Assembly (NCBI GenBank): GCA_951406725.2
Contig: OX597837.1
Coordinates: forward strand, 29,822,001-29,886,000
From: Octopus vulgaris
Taxonomy: Eukaryota
Reading direction: 5' to 3'
Length of the DNA stretch: 64,000 nt
The notes below the pieces were generated by a model. The model saw only the letters and a list, made by a program, of their open reading frames with translations, was not told where the DNA came from and did no database searches. Both the position numbers and the translations under genes were made by a program. How positions within the stretch are numbered: position 1 is the first letter of the stretch; every line of letters begins with the position of its first letter. Below are positions 13,630 to 27,351 of this stretch, piece after piece.

Positions 13630-14345
13630 ACACCAGTGGACTTATTTACAAAGTCAGAAAACAGCACAGCTCCCATGACTTTGGGAAACATTTTTTCATG
13701 CTGAGAGTTGCTGAAGCATGGAACAAACTGCCGGCATTGGTTATTAGTTGTCGGAGCACTGCATCCTTCGAAACTTCCATGCTTCCTGAGATTCGCCAAC
13801 ACTACACCTGATTTTCTCCCCTCCATACACATGCAAGCATGTATCTGACAACCAAGAGAATACCCTCCATCAGGCATTTGCCATATTATGAACGCCTTAC
13901 TTCCCTGGGCATGGACACATTGAAACTCCGACGTCTGGCAGCTGACTTGGCAGACACCTATAAAATTATCAACCATCTTACAAACAATAACTCTGAGCAC
14001 CTTTTCACACTCCACCCGTCTAACACCCGTGGACATATTTACAAAGTCAGAAAACAGCACAGCTCCCATGACTTTGGGAAACATTTTTTCACGCTGAGAG
14101 TTGCTGAAGCATGGAACAAACTGCCGGCATCAGTTGTTAGTTGTCGGAGCACTGCATCCTTCAAAACTTCCATGCTTTCTGAGATTCGCCAACACTACAC
14201 CTGATTTTCTCTCCTCCATACACATGCAAGCATGTATCTGACTCATACATTGTTCGCTTTCCAGACATTTGTACATTACTGCATATGCTTTATATGCACT
14301 TTCTGACAAGTTGTGGTGCACCTGAGCACTGTATACAATAATTTA
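13630..14345 (+). mobile_element. CR1/L2-group LINE 3' end, partially duplicated, with (TTA)n tail
   Basis: Same family as 868-1665. The segment 13630-13847 is repeated within 14025-14240. Confidence 0.85.
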
Positions 14346-14394
<49 letters not shown>

Positions 14395-14407
14395 CCATAG
14401 AGATATG

Positions 14408-15200
14408 TATGAAGGTGGGCTGAAAAGTTCACAGGCTGACTATGAAGGAGTACTGCTAGAGCTGTGAAATCTTGCAAGCATTAATTTCAACTCTTCTTAC
14501 CAGATGAACTGACATCTGAGTATTTGAAGAAGACTTGAAAATTAACTAGTAGCGAATTGTTTTGAAAATGGACAAAATTTGGCATTGTGTTGTTATCAAG
14601 TACCTGCAAAAATGTTGTAGCTTCAAAGGGCATCCATGCTGACATCATTAATATGTCAGGTGATAATGCACCAGTTTTATCAGTTGTGTAAAAGTGAGCA
14701 GCTGAAATTAGGAGGCAAAGGCAGAGCAGTTAGCATTGTTTTTGACTGTGTCCCACATATGATGGCGGGGGGGGGGAGGTGTCTCCAGTAGAGGAGATGT
14801 CATGCCACACCACAATTTTGAACAGGATACTACGCTCAATTCAAACCCTGGTTGGAGAGGTTTGCTGCTGGAAGGCCATATATGTGGAAGCAGGCTTTTT
14901 CTCTTTGCTATTGTTCTGGAGAGAATCAGAAGTGGTCGTTGGAGAATCTCTATGACTTCACCAACCCAAATTTCTGGCCTCCTAATTCCACCAATTGCAA
15001 TCTATATGTAGGGTGTGGTCAAGAACAACACCAGCCATTCTGCCAACAACACCAATGCTGAGCAGGTAGCCAAGATCAAGGAAGTGTTTGAAGATCTTCC
15101 CAGGAATGCAGTGAGGAACAAATGCACAACGTTCTGGAGCTGTCCTCAGACTGTTGAGTGCATCTACTTAGAGTGAACACTTATTTTCCAGCCGTAATCT
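14408..15200 (+). mobile_element. Degraded mariner/Tc1-type transposon remnants
   Basis: tatgaaggtgggctgaaaagttc TIR-like start, MDKIW..VIKYL..IHAD HTH-like remnant and WPPNS motif. Confidence 0.6.
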
Positions 15201-17435
15201 TGTTGATACTTTTCGATTTAAAAAAAAAAAATTCTATTTTTGGATGGAATATTGTGTTTCCTTTTCCTTTTAAGCAAAGTATCAGTGAAAGTGCATGGCT
15301 TAGTGGTTAAGGGTACTCATTTTAGAATAACAAGCTCATTAGTTAGATTCCTGGGAGTGAGTTCTGTCTTTGAGCAGGACACTGTATATCTATTTCTTTA
15401 CTACCCACAAGGGGCTAAACATAGAGGGGACAAACAAGGACAGACAAAGGGATTAAGTCGATTACATCGACTCCAGTGTGTAACTGGTACTTAATTTATC
15501 GACCCCGAAAGGATGAAAGGCAAAGTCGAACTCGGCAGAATTTGAACTCAGAACGTAACGGCAGACGAAATACGGCTACACATTTCGCCCGGTGTGCTAC
15601 CGTTTCTGCCAGCTCGCCGCCTTGACACTGTATATCACATTGCTCCAGGTCACTCAGCTTGCAAAAATAGTGGTACCTGTCTTTCAAATGGCCAACCTTG
15701 TCACATTCTGTGTGACACTAGATCTCTTGCAGAAGTACTTTAAGGCTATGTATATATATTTATTTAGACACTTACCCAAAATGCAGTGGAGTGGGACTGA
15801 ACCTGAAACCACATGGTTACAAAGCAAGCTTCTCAGCCATACAGCTATACCTATACCTGTATGATTGTTTTGGTCATCAATATATATTATAGCCACTCCA
15901 GCTGGAATAGATATTCTGAAACTAACATTTACTCTTTTACATGTTTCAGTCATTTGACTGCGGCCATGCTGGAGCACCGCCTTTAATCGAGCAACTCGAC
16001 CCCAGGACTTATTCTTTTGTAAGCCCAGTACTTATTCTATCGGTCTATTTTGCCGAACCGCTAAGTAACGGTAGCGTAAACACACCAGCATCAGTTGTCA
16101 AGCAATGCTAGGGGGACAAACACAGACACACAAGCACACACACCCACATATATATATATGATGGGCTTCTTTCTGTTTCCGTCTACCAAATCCACTCACA
16201 AGGCTTTGGTCGGCCCGAGGCTATAGTAGAAGACACTTGCCCAAGGTGCCACGCAGTGGGACTGAACCTGGAACCATGTAGTTGGTAAACAAGCTACTTA
16301 CCACACAGCCACTTCTGCACCTATACCAGTTTTCATCAGTGATTTTCATTAAAAATGCATTTTAATTAACATTTCTGATTGTCATCAAACATAAGTTGAT
16401 TTTTCTTTTCAGTTTTACTTTTAAAGTTTACAGTTTACTTTTCTGCATTGTAGGTCTTCTTACACGATTTCAAGGTGTGCCAACTATAGTTATTTTCAGG
16501 AAGTCACAATTAAAGTAGATATTTTATTTGAAGTCATTTTTAAGATATATTTTGTAGTTTTTCCATGTCTCACTTACCACCAGATAATTGATATCACAAC
16601 TTACCTTTTTTTTGGTTCACTTATTTATCCTACTTCAGATATGCATTCACACTGAAATACAGGTGAGACGAGGTTTTTATTTATTTTCTTGCTGTTGTTG
16701 CAGTCACAACAATTCTTTTTTTCTTACTTTTTTTTTTGTTGTTGTGATTTGTTAAAGGTAATCATGCAAAGAAAACCTGTGTCAGAAATTTAGAATAAAA
16801 TCTCGCAGGTGATGACACGGAGAAATTTAAGAATTTCATAGACTGAGAAGTAACAATTGTGTACAGGTATAAGTGTGGGGCTGGGAGGGAGTCTTTTCAG
16901 TGAAGATACGTCGCTTAGAGATTGGGAGTACTCAGTAGACAATCACAATGTCTTGACTTGGATTCCTGGCAGTAAGTTGTGCCCTTGAACAAGACACTGT
17001 ACGTCACGTTGCTCCAGCCTATTCAGCTGCTTAAAATGTGTAGTACAGGTGTACGATGCTTTATCCAGAGATCTAAAGTCCTAAAAGCCCCCAAAACCAA
17101 ACTTCTTTTGTGGAGGGTGAAGCATTGTTATTCGAATTGGTACAGCCATGAAACGATCGTAGTGTTTTACTCTTTATCTTTTATTAAACTTTTAATACTT
17201 TTGATATATATTAAAAAAATAAATAATAAATAAATAAATAAATAAAATAATATATAAATATAAAAATATACATACATACATATATATATATATATTTGTA
17301 TATATATATATAAAATTTATAAGTTTAAATTATTTAAATAATTTTTTATTTTTAACTTTTATATTTTTTAATTAATTTTATGTATTGGCTTATGTTTTTC
17401 ACTGTTTGATTTGCCTAATAGTGGTTTTATCTCTA

Positions 17436-17492
<57 letters not shown>

Positions 17493-17925
17493 TATATACA
17501 TATATATATATATATCTATATATATATATATACATATATACATATATATATATATATATCTATATATATAAATCAAATGGAAATTGTAGTTGTGATACTT
17601 GTACCGGTGGCACGTAAAAAGCACCATCCGAATGTGGCCGATGCCAGCGCCACCTGACTGGCATCTGTGTCGGTGATACGTAAAAAGCACCAACCGATCA
17701 TTGCCGTTTGCCAGCCTCTTCTGGCCCCCATGCCGGTAGCACGTAAAAAGCACCCACTACACTCACGGAGCGGTTGGCATTAGGAAGGGCATCCATCTGT
17801 AGAAACACTGCCAGATCAGACTGGAGCCTGGCACTGCCTCCTGGCTTCCCAGACCCCGGTCGAACCATCCAACCCATGCTAGCATGGAAAGTGGACGTTA
17901 AACAATGATGATGATGATGATGATG

Positions 17926-17959
<34 letters not shown>

Positions 17960-19037
17960 GGAGTTAAACGCAGATGTTATTCAAATTCTTTTACTTTCGA
18001 CATATGTTTCGATGACAACATTGGTTTTATTCCAAGGGAATAAAAGGTGCAAAATAATGCAATCTTCTCAGCAGGAAAGAAAGAGAATCCATCTCAACAA
18101 CAAGACATTATAATAATTTTGATGACTGCATAAACAGAATGCTATTAAGTATTTTAAAAAAGTAACCATTAGTAGATCTGACGTCAAAGGTAGACCATAT
18201 AAAGAGAAGGGGTAAAGAAATAATAAGTAGAGAACAAATAAAGGAGAAATATAGAGGGATATATCGGTTGAAAATACTATACAAATTACTGCACATCAAC
18301 CTGGAGTTTCTACCTTTGAATAGGTCACTACATCCTTGTTACTTGTGTGAATTTTGCTACCCTGGTAACTGTTTATTGAAGTTTCCATGTTAACTGTAAA
18401 CAAAGGATAATTCATTCATCCATTTACATACACACACATATATATATTGATTTATTCTATTACTAGCTCTATGTGGTAGTGCATGCATATACAGCTGCGT
18501 GCGTGCACACATACACGCGAGTACTGTCCAAATCTCTGACCAATCACATACAGCTAGCTGGCATTCAATTTGCGTATCAAGTTTCAGGCATTTTGATTGG
18601 GTTTTGGATAGAAAATTCACAAAAAAGTCACTTCTATTGATTTTTTAATGGCTTTGCGGGGTGACTGGGGAAATCTAAAGATGTGCACGACCACCCTTGG
18701 ACGGTTTTGAATGACCATAGAAAGTGCGAGCCCTCTAACTGAAAAATTGTGGATTTTTATAAAGGACACACAGACACACACATACAGACATTTTGCCGTT
18801 TATATATATAGAGATGCATTTCAGTAACCAGTTCTGATTGTCCTCAAATAAAAGCTGACAATTTTTTTTTCCAGTTTTACATTCAAAATTTACTATTTAT
18901 TTTACTGCATTGTCCATCTTAGATATTTTTTTCTGTCTTTTGCTGACAAATTGTAGTTGAAGAAGGCGTAAAGTTATTTTTATTATTGACATGTAAGGAA
19001 ACTGTATTTCACTATGCAACTATGATATACAATAAAA

Positions 19038-19306
19038 TAGTGGTTCCCAAACTTTTATGGGCTGTCGCCCCCTTGACACCCAGCTCACATTCCTAACGCC
19101 CTCACATTCCTAACGCCATCACAAATATAGACCTCCTTCTGAGGTCTATATTTGTATTTCACAAATAAAGGTTTACTTAATGAACCCATTATTTTGTTGT
19201 TTTTACAGGAACTGCTACCTTCTTATCGCCCCACTTTTCTTCGACACCCCCTTGGAAATTCCCACTGCTCCTAGGGATGCAATACCACCCAATTTGGGAA
19301 CCACTG
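19038..19306. mobile_element. hAT (Charlie-like) MITE
   Basis: Inverted termini tagtggttcccaaa / tttgggaaccactg. Confidence 0.65.
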
Positions 19307-20494
19307 CTATAAATTATATTAAACACTTTTTTATAAGAAAACACTGTGTTCTACTGTGTTAGCAGTGCTATTACATCATTTGTTCAGGTTGTTTCTAGCG
19401 GCGAGCTGGCAGAAACGTTAAACACTGGGTAAAATGCTTAGCAGTATTTCATCTGCTGTTACGTTCTGAGTTCAAATTCTGCCGAAGTCGAATTCGCCTT
19501 TCACCTTTTCGGGGTCGATAATTGAAGTACCAGTTACGCACTGGGATCGATGTAATCGACTTAATCTCTTTGTCTGTCCTTGTTTGTCCCCTCTGTGTTT
19601 AGCCCCTTGCGGGCAATAAGGAAATAAAGTTGTCTCTACTGATTTTCTACAGAAATTATAGCCCGCATTAATTTTGCTACAACGGATACGAAACGTTGTG
19701 ACAAACTCAGTGCTGGCCATAATTTGTATTGAAAATCTGTATAGATAGCCTTAAAAAGCAATGTTATTTTTAACCCTTTACCATTAAAACTCTGGCCTCA
19801 ATATTCTGGCCTAAATATTCAACGAACTTTATGTTAAAACTGGCAAGATCCGGACTCTCTTTTACTCTTTTACTTGTTTCAGTCATTTGACTGCGGCCAT
19901 GCTGGAGCACCACCTTTTAGTACTTATTCTATCGGTCTCTTTTTGCCGAACCGCTAAGTGACGGGGACCTAAATACACCAGCATCGGTTGTCAAGCAATG
20001 CTAGGGGGACAAACACAGACACACAAACACACGCATACATATATATATACATATATACGACAGGCTTCTTTCAGTTTCCGTCTACCAAATCCACTCACAA
20101 GGCATTGGTCGGCCCGGGGCTATAGCAGAAGACACTTGCCCAAGATGCCACGCAGTGGGACTGAACCAGCAACCGTGTGGTTGGTTAGCAAGCTACTTAC
20201 CACACAGCCACTCCTGCGCCTCTGACACTTATGCAACAATATCTTTTTAAAACTAAACAACCATGTCATGTCAATATCTTAGCTACAAGGTAGTCTTTTA
20301 GTCTTTTAGTCTTTTACTTGTTTCAGTCATGTGACTGTGGCCATGCTGGAGCACCGCCTTTAGTCGAGCAAATCGACCTCAGGACTTAGTCTTTATAAGC
20401 CTAGTACTTATTCTATCGGTCTCTTTTGCCGAACCGCTAAGTTACGGGGATGTAAACACACCAGCATCGGTTGTCAAGCGATGTTGGGGGCCAA

Positions 20495-20545
<51 letters not shown>

Positions 20546-20946
20546 CGATGGGCTTCTTTTAGTTTCCGTCTACCAAATCCACTTACAAGGCTTTGGTCGG
20601 CCCGAGACTATAGTAGAAGACAATTTCCCAAGGTACCACGCAGTTCTGGGTTCAGTCCCACTGTGTGGCACCTTGGGCAAGTGTCTTCGACTATAGCCTT
20701 GGGCCAACCAAAGTCTTGTGAGTGGATTTAGTAGACGGAAACTGAAAGAAGCCTGTCGTATATATATATATATATATATATATATACGCAGGAGTGGATG
20801 TGTGGTAAGTAGCTTGTTTACCAACCACATGGTTCTGGGTTCAGTCCCACTGTGTGGCACCTTGGGCAAGTGTCTTCTACTATAGCCTCGAGCCAACCAA
20901 AGTCTTGTGAGTGGATTTGGTAGACGGAAACTGAAAGAAGCCCGTC

Positions 20947-20980
<34 letters not shown>

Positions 20981-21346
20981 ATATATATATGTGTGTGTGC
21001 GTGTATGCTTGTGTGTCTGTGTTTGTCCCTCTACCATTGCTTGACAACTGATGCTGGTGTGTTTATGTCCCCCGTCAATTAGCGGTTCGGCAAAAGAGAC
21101 CGATGGAATAAGTACTGGGCTTACAAAGAATAAGTCCCAGGGTCGAGTTGCTCGATTAAAAAAAAAAAAAGGCGGTGCCCCAGCATGGCCGCAGTCAAGT
21201 GTACTGAAACAAGTAAAAGAGTAAAGAGTATATACATCCACATATTTAAACACATATAAAAAAAAACAATAAGCTTCCACACAGTTTCCATCTACAAAAT
21301 ACACTCACAAGGCATGAGCTGGTCATGGCTATATTAGAAGATGTGT

Positions 21347-21730
21347 GGAAGCACAATGGCCCAGTGGTTAGGGCAGCGGACTCGTGGTCATAGGATTGCG
21401 GTTTCGATTCCCAGACCGGGCGTTGTGACCGTCTATTGAGCGAAAACACCTAATGCTCCACGAGGCTCTGGCAGGGGATGGTGGTGATCCCTGCTGTACT
21501 CTTTCACCACGACTTTCTCTCACTCTTACTTTCTGTTTCTGTTGTACCTGTATTTCAAAGGGCCGGCCTTGTCACTCTCTGTGTCACGCTGAATATCCCC
21601 GAGAACTACGTTAAGGGTACACGTGTCTGTGGAGTGCTCAGCCACTTACACGTTAATTTCACGAGCAGGCTGTTCCGTTGATTTGGATCAACCGGAACCC
21701 TCGTCGTCGTAACCGACGGAGTGCTTCCAC
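21347..21730 (+). mobile_element. tRNA-derived SINE family D
   Basis: tggcccagtggttagggc..ggtttcgattccc tRNA-like head. Reverse copy at 51536-51906. Confidence 0.8.
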
Positions 21731-22018
21731 ATAAAGTCAAAACGTATTAAAAAATAGAGGTATTTATATATTTTAGCTTATAAGTATAATTCAAACTCTT
21801 TTACTTGTTTCAGTCATTTGACTGTGGCCATGCTCAAGCATCGCTTTTAGTCAAGCAAATCGACCCCGGGACTTTCCGTTGATTCGGATCAACCGGAACC
21901 CTCGTCGTCGTAACCGACGGAGTGCTTCCATCCAGTGATTTCATTAATGTTACAATATATTACAGAGTCAAGATAATTTTATTGAGACATGGAAGGTGGA
22001 ACGGTGGAAGTAACTTAC

Positions 22019-22049
22019 ATCGTGGAGGTGACTGTTGCTTATTGTCCTT
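22019..22049 (-). pseudogene. Orphan 31-nt stalk exon (KDNKQQSPPR) of a fourth TNF-like paralogue
   Basis: ctgttttag acceptor and gtaagt donor, same 31-nt length and phases as gene 2 exon 2. Flanks at about 21910-22140 align with 55880-56100. I found no matching exon 1, 3 or 4. Confidence 0.55.
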
Positions 22050-22523
22050 CTAAAACAGAAAGAAAAGAAGGTGAGAAAAGGAAAATTAACACAACATGGT
22101 GACTGATGCTTTTATTACTTTCATCATATTATTGTCACCTTTATATGTATGTATACTCTTTTACTCTTTTACTTGTTTCAGTCATTTGACTGCGGCCATG
22201 CTGGAGTACCGCCTTTAGTCGAGCAAATCGACCATAGGACTTATTCTTTGTAAGCCCAGTACTTATTCTATCGGTCGTCATAACCGACGGAGTGCTTCAA
22301 GAAAAAAAAATTAGATGTATGTTCAAAATGCAGTGTAGAGGGACCGAACATGAGACCATGTTGCAAAGCAAGCTGCTTAACCACACGGCTACACCTGTGC
22401 CTGTATGATAAGTTTGGTCAATAAAACATATTATATCCATTCTATTTGGAATTAATATTTTGAAAGTAATATTACATCAACATCAAAAAATCAAATGGAA
22501 ATTGTAGTTGTGATACCCGTGTC

Positions 22524-24990
22524 GGTGGCATGTAAAAAGCACCATCCGAACGTGGCCGATGCCAGCGCTGCCTTGACTGGCTTCCGTGCCAATGGCATGT
22601 AAAAAACACCAACCGATCATGGCCATTTCCAGTCTCCCCTGGCACCTGAGCCGGTGGCATGTAAAAAGCACCATCCGAACGTGGCCGATGCCAGCGCTGC
22701 CTTGACTGGCTTCCGTGCCAATGGCATGTAAAAAACACCAACCGTTCACGGCCATTTCCAGCCTCCCCTGGCACCTGAGCTGGTGGTATGTAAAACGCAC
22801 CATCCGAACGTGGCCGATGCCAGCGCCGCCTTGACTGGCTTCCGTGCCAATGGCATGTAAAAAACACCAACCGTTCACGGCCATTTCCAGCCTCCCCTGG
22901 CACCTGAGCCGGTGGCATGTAAAAAGCACCATCCGAACGTGGCCAATGCCAGCGCCGCCTTGACTGGCTTCCGTGCCAATGGCATGTAAAAAACACCAAC
23001 CGTTCACGGCCATTTCCAGCCTCCCTGGCACCTGAGCCGGTGGCATGTAAAAAGCACCATCCGAACGTGGCCGATGCCAGCGCCGCCTTGACTGGCTTCC
23101 GTGCCAATGGCATGTAAAAAACACCAACCGTTCACGGCCATTTCCAGCCTTCCCTGGCACCTGAGCCGGTGGCATGTAAAAAGCACCATCCGAACGTGGC
23201 CAATGCCAGCGCCGCCTTGACTGGCTTCCGTGCCAATGGCATGTAAAAAACACCAACCGTTCACGGCCAATTCCAGCCTCCCCTGGCACCTGAGCCGGTG
23301 GCATGTAAAAAGCACCATCCGAACGTGGCCGATGCCAGCGCCGCCTTGACTGGCTTCCGTGCCAATGGCATGTAAAAAACACCAACCGATCATGGCCATT
23401 TCCAGTCTCCCCTGGCACCTGAGCCGGTGGCATGTAAAAAGCACCATCCGAACGTGGCTGATGCCAGCGCCGCCTTCACTGACTTCCGTGTCAATGGCAT
23501 GTAAAAAACACCAACCGTTCACGGCCATTTCCAGCCTCCCCTGGCACCTGAGCCGGTGGCATGTAAAAAGCACCATCCGAATGTGGCCGATGCCAGCGCC
23601 GCCTTGACTGGCTTCCGTGCCAATGGCATGTAAAAAACACCAACCGTTCACGGCCATTTCCAGCCTCCCCTGGCACCTGAGCCGGTGGCATGTAAAAAGC
23701 ACCATCCGAACGTGGCCGATGCCAGCACTGCCTTGACTGGCTTCCGTGCCAATGGCATGTATAAAACACCAACCGATCATGGCCATTTCCAGTCTCCCCT
23801 GGCACCTGAGCCGGTGGCATGTAAAAAGCACCATCCGAACGTGGCCGATACCAGCGCCACCTTGACTGGCTTCCGTGCCAATGGCATGTATAAAACACCA
23901 ACCGATCATGGCCATTTCCAGTCTCCCCTGGCACCTGAGCTGGTGGCATGTAAAAAGCACCATCCGAACGTGGCCAATGCCAGCGCCGCCTTGACTGGCT
24001 TCCGTGCCAATGGCATGTATAAAACACCAACCGATCATGGCCATTTCCAGTCTCCCCTGGCACCTGAGCCGGTGGCATGTAAAAAGCACCATCCGAACGT
24101 GGCCGATGCCAGCGCCGCCTTGACTGGCTTCCGTGCCAATAGCATGTAAAAAACACCAACCGTTCATGGCCATTTCCAGTCTCCCCTGGCACCTGAGCCG
24201 GTGGCATGTAAAAAGCACCATCCGAACGTGGCCGATGCCAGCGCCGCCTTGACTGGCTTCCGTGCCAATGGCATGTATTAAACACCAACCGATCACGGCC
24301 ATTTCCAGCCACCCCTGGCACCTGAGCCGGTGGCATGTAAAAAGCACCATCCGAACGTGGCCGATGCCAGCGCCGCCTTGACTGGCTTCCGTGCTAATGG
24401 CATGTAAAAAACACCAACCGTTCACGGCCATTTCCAGCCTCCCCTGGCACCTGAGCCAGTGGCATGTAAAAAGCACCATCCGAACGTGGCCGATGCCAGC
24501 GCCGCCTTGACTGGCTTCCGTGCCAATGGCATGTATAAAACACTAACCGTTCACGGCCATTTCCAGCCTCCCCTGGCACCTGAGCCAGTGGCATGTAAAA
24601 AGCACCATCCGAACGTGGCCGATGCCAGCGCCGCCTTGACTGGCTTCCGTTCCAATGGCATGTAAAAAACACCAACCGTTCACGGCCATTTCCAGCCTCC
24701 CCTGGTACCTGAGCCGGTGGCATGTAAAAAGCACCATCCGAACGTGGCCGATGCCAGCGCCGCCTTGACTGGCTTCCGTGCCAATGGCATGTAAAAAACA
24801 CCAACCGTTCACGGCCATTTCCAGCCTCACCTGGCACCTGAGCCGGTGGCATGTAAAAAGCACCATCCGAACGTGGCCGATGCCAGCGCCGCCTTGACTG
24901 GCTTCCGTGCCAATGGCATGTAAAAAACACCAACCGATCATGGCCATTTCCAGTCTCCCCTGGCACCTGAGCCGGTGGCATGTAAAAAGC
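22524..24990. repeat. 129-bp tandem array (about 19 units) expanded inside one family C retroposon
   Basis: Period of 129 (ggtggcatgtaaaaagcaccatccgaacg at 22524, 22653, ...). The flanks continue as the 5' and 3' parts of family C. Confidence 0.92.
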
Positions 24991-25722
24991 ACCTACTACA
25001 CTCACAGAGTGGTTGACATTAGGAAGGGCATCCACCCGTATATATATATATACACACACACATACATATATAAGCACACATATATTTATATACATACATA
25101 GACATATGCACATCATCATTTAATATCTGTTTTCAGAGTGTCCTTTCTTACACTTGCCCCCTGTTCTTTGGTGGTCAAACTATTTGGTCTCACCAACCCC
25201 AGTGGTGACCTCCACCCCTTAGCAATTGGTTTTACTCTGCAATGGCTAACAGCAAAAGTGCATCTGTCCTCGGTTTACACTCACAGAGTGGTTGGCGTTA
25301 GGAAGGGCATCCAGCTGTAGAAACACTGCCAGATCAGACTGGAGCCTGGTGCAGCCTCCTGGCTTCCCAGACCCTGGTCGAACTGTCCAACCCATGCTAG
25401 CATGGAAAACGGACATTAAACGATGATGATGATTAACTAAGTTTCATTTGTGATTTTATTAACAATAAAATATGAACACATTAAGTATATCATTTGTGTC
25501 ACTGTGTATGCATCCATGTATGTGTTTTCTATATGTTTATATATGTTTGTATATGCATAGGTGCAGGAGTGGCTGTGTGGTAAGTAGCTTGCTTACCAAC
25601 CACATGGTTCCGCGTTCAGTCCCACTGCGTGACATCTTGGGCAAGTGTCTTCTGCTATAGCCTCGGAACAACCAAAGCCTTGTGAGTGGATTTGGTAGAC
25701 GGAAACTGAAAGAAGCCCGTCG

Positions 25723-25782
<60 letters not shown>

Positions 25783-26660
25783 TGTGTCTGTGTTTGTCCC
25801 CCTAGCATTGCTTGACAACCGATGCTTTTATGTCCCCTGTCACTTAGCGGTTCGGCAAAAGAGACCGATAGAATAAGTACTGGGCTCACAAAGAATAAGT
25901 CCCGGGGTCGAGTTGCTCGACTAAAGGCGGTGCTCCAGCATGGCCGCAGTCAAATGACTGAAACAAGTAAAAGAGTACAAAAGAGAAAAAGAGTACATAG
26001 TTCTGATTGACCTCAATTCAAAGCTAACTTTTCTTTTCAGGTTTACAGTGTAAGTTTACTATTTACTTTTCTGCATTGTACTACCTCTTTAACATATACA
26101 TGTACAGTAACTGTAGTTGCAATTGGAAGTTGCAATTGAATAAAGATAAAGTTACATTTCAGGTGTATTTTGTAATTTATCCAATCTTACAATTGACATT
26201 CATAACCTAATTTAGTTGTTGTAGTACAGTTTGTCAACTACATAAATATATATTTCATAGAAATATAGGTGTGGTAGGATTTAATTTCTTTACCTTGTTG
26301 TTGCTGCAGCAAAAAAGAATTCTGTATATTTTTTTTCTTTTGTACAAAGTTAATCATGCAAGGAAAGGCTGTGGTGGATATTTTGAATAAAATATAGCAT
26401 CTGAGGAAACAAAAATTTAAGAAAGTCATAGGCTAGGGATAAGAACAGGGTATAGGTATTAGCGTGAGGCTGGATGGGAGTCTTTACAACGGGCTTCTTT
26501 CAGTTTCCGTCTACCAAATCCATTCACAAGGATTTGGTCGGTCTGAGGTTATAGTAGAAGACACTTGCCCAAGGTGCCACACAATGGGACTGAACCCGGA
26601 ACCATGTAGTTGGTAAGCAAGCTACCTACCACACAGCCGCTCCTACGCCTATATACATAC

Positions 26661-26734
<74 letters not shown>

Positions 26735-27115
26735 TTACTTGTTTCAGTCATTTGACTGCGGCCATGCTGGAGCACCGCCTTTAGTCGAGCAGATCGACCC
26801 CGGGACTTATTCTTTGTAAGCCCAGTACTTATTCTATCGGTCTCTTTTTGCCGAACCGCTAAGTGACGGGGACATAAACACACCAGCATCGGTTGTCAAG
26901 CAATGCTAGGAGGACAAACACAGACGCACAAACATATACATACACATACATACATATATACGACAGGCTTCTTTCAGTTTCCGTCTACCAAATCCACTCA
27001 CAAGGCATTGGTCTGCCCAGGGCTATAGCAGAAGACACTTGCCCAAGGTGCCACGCAGTAGGACTGAACCCGGAACCATGTGGTTGGTTAACAAGCTACT
27101 TACCACACAGCCACT

Positions 27116-27226
<111 letters not shown>

Positions 27227-27304
27227 CAATCAAGGAACGGCCATAGTGGCAAAAAAAAAAAAAAAAAAAAAAAATTCTACAAAATTTTTTGCCACCCTAT
27301 ATTG

Positions 27305-27351
<47 letters not shown>

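Noticed and set aside
21347-21425. tRNA gene
   Set aside because: The tRNA-like A/B boxes are the head of a SINE that continues into a 380-bp repeat found twice in the window.
22472-25119. Long ORFs (213-491 aa) with 43-aa repeats
   Set aside because: They arise from the 129-bp (multiple of 3) tandem array of a SINE segment, are open in several frames and show no gene structure.
26238-26429. Candidate exon 1 for the relic paralogue (donor-like CAAG|gtaaag near 26292)
   Set aside because: No TM helix, no similarity to the other exon 1 sequences, and the donor is absent in the homologous segment at about 16690.
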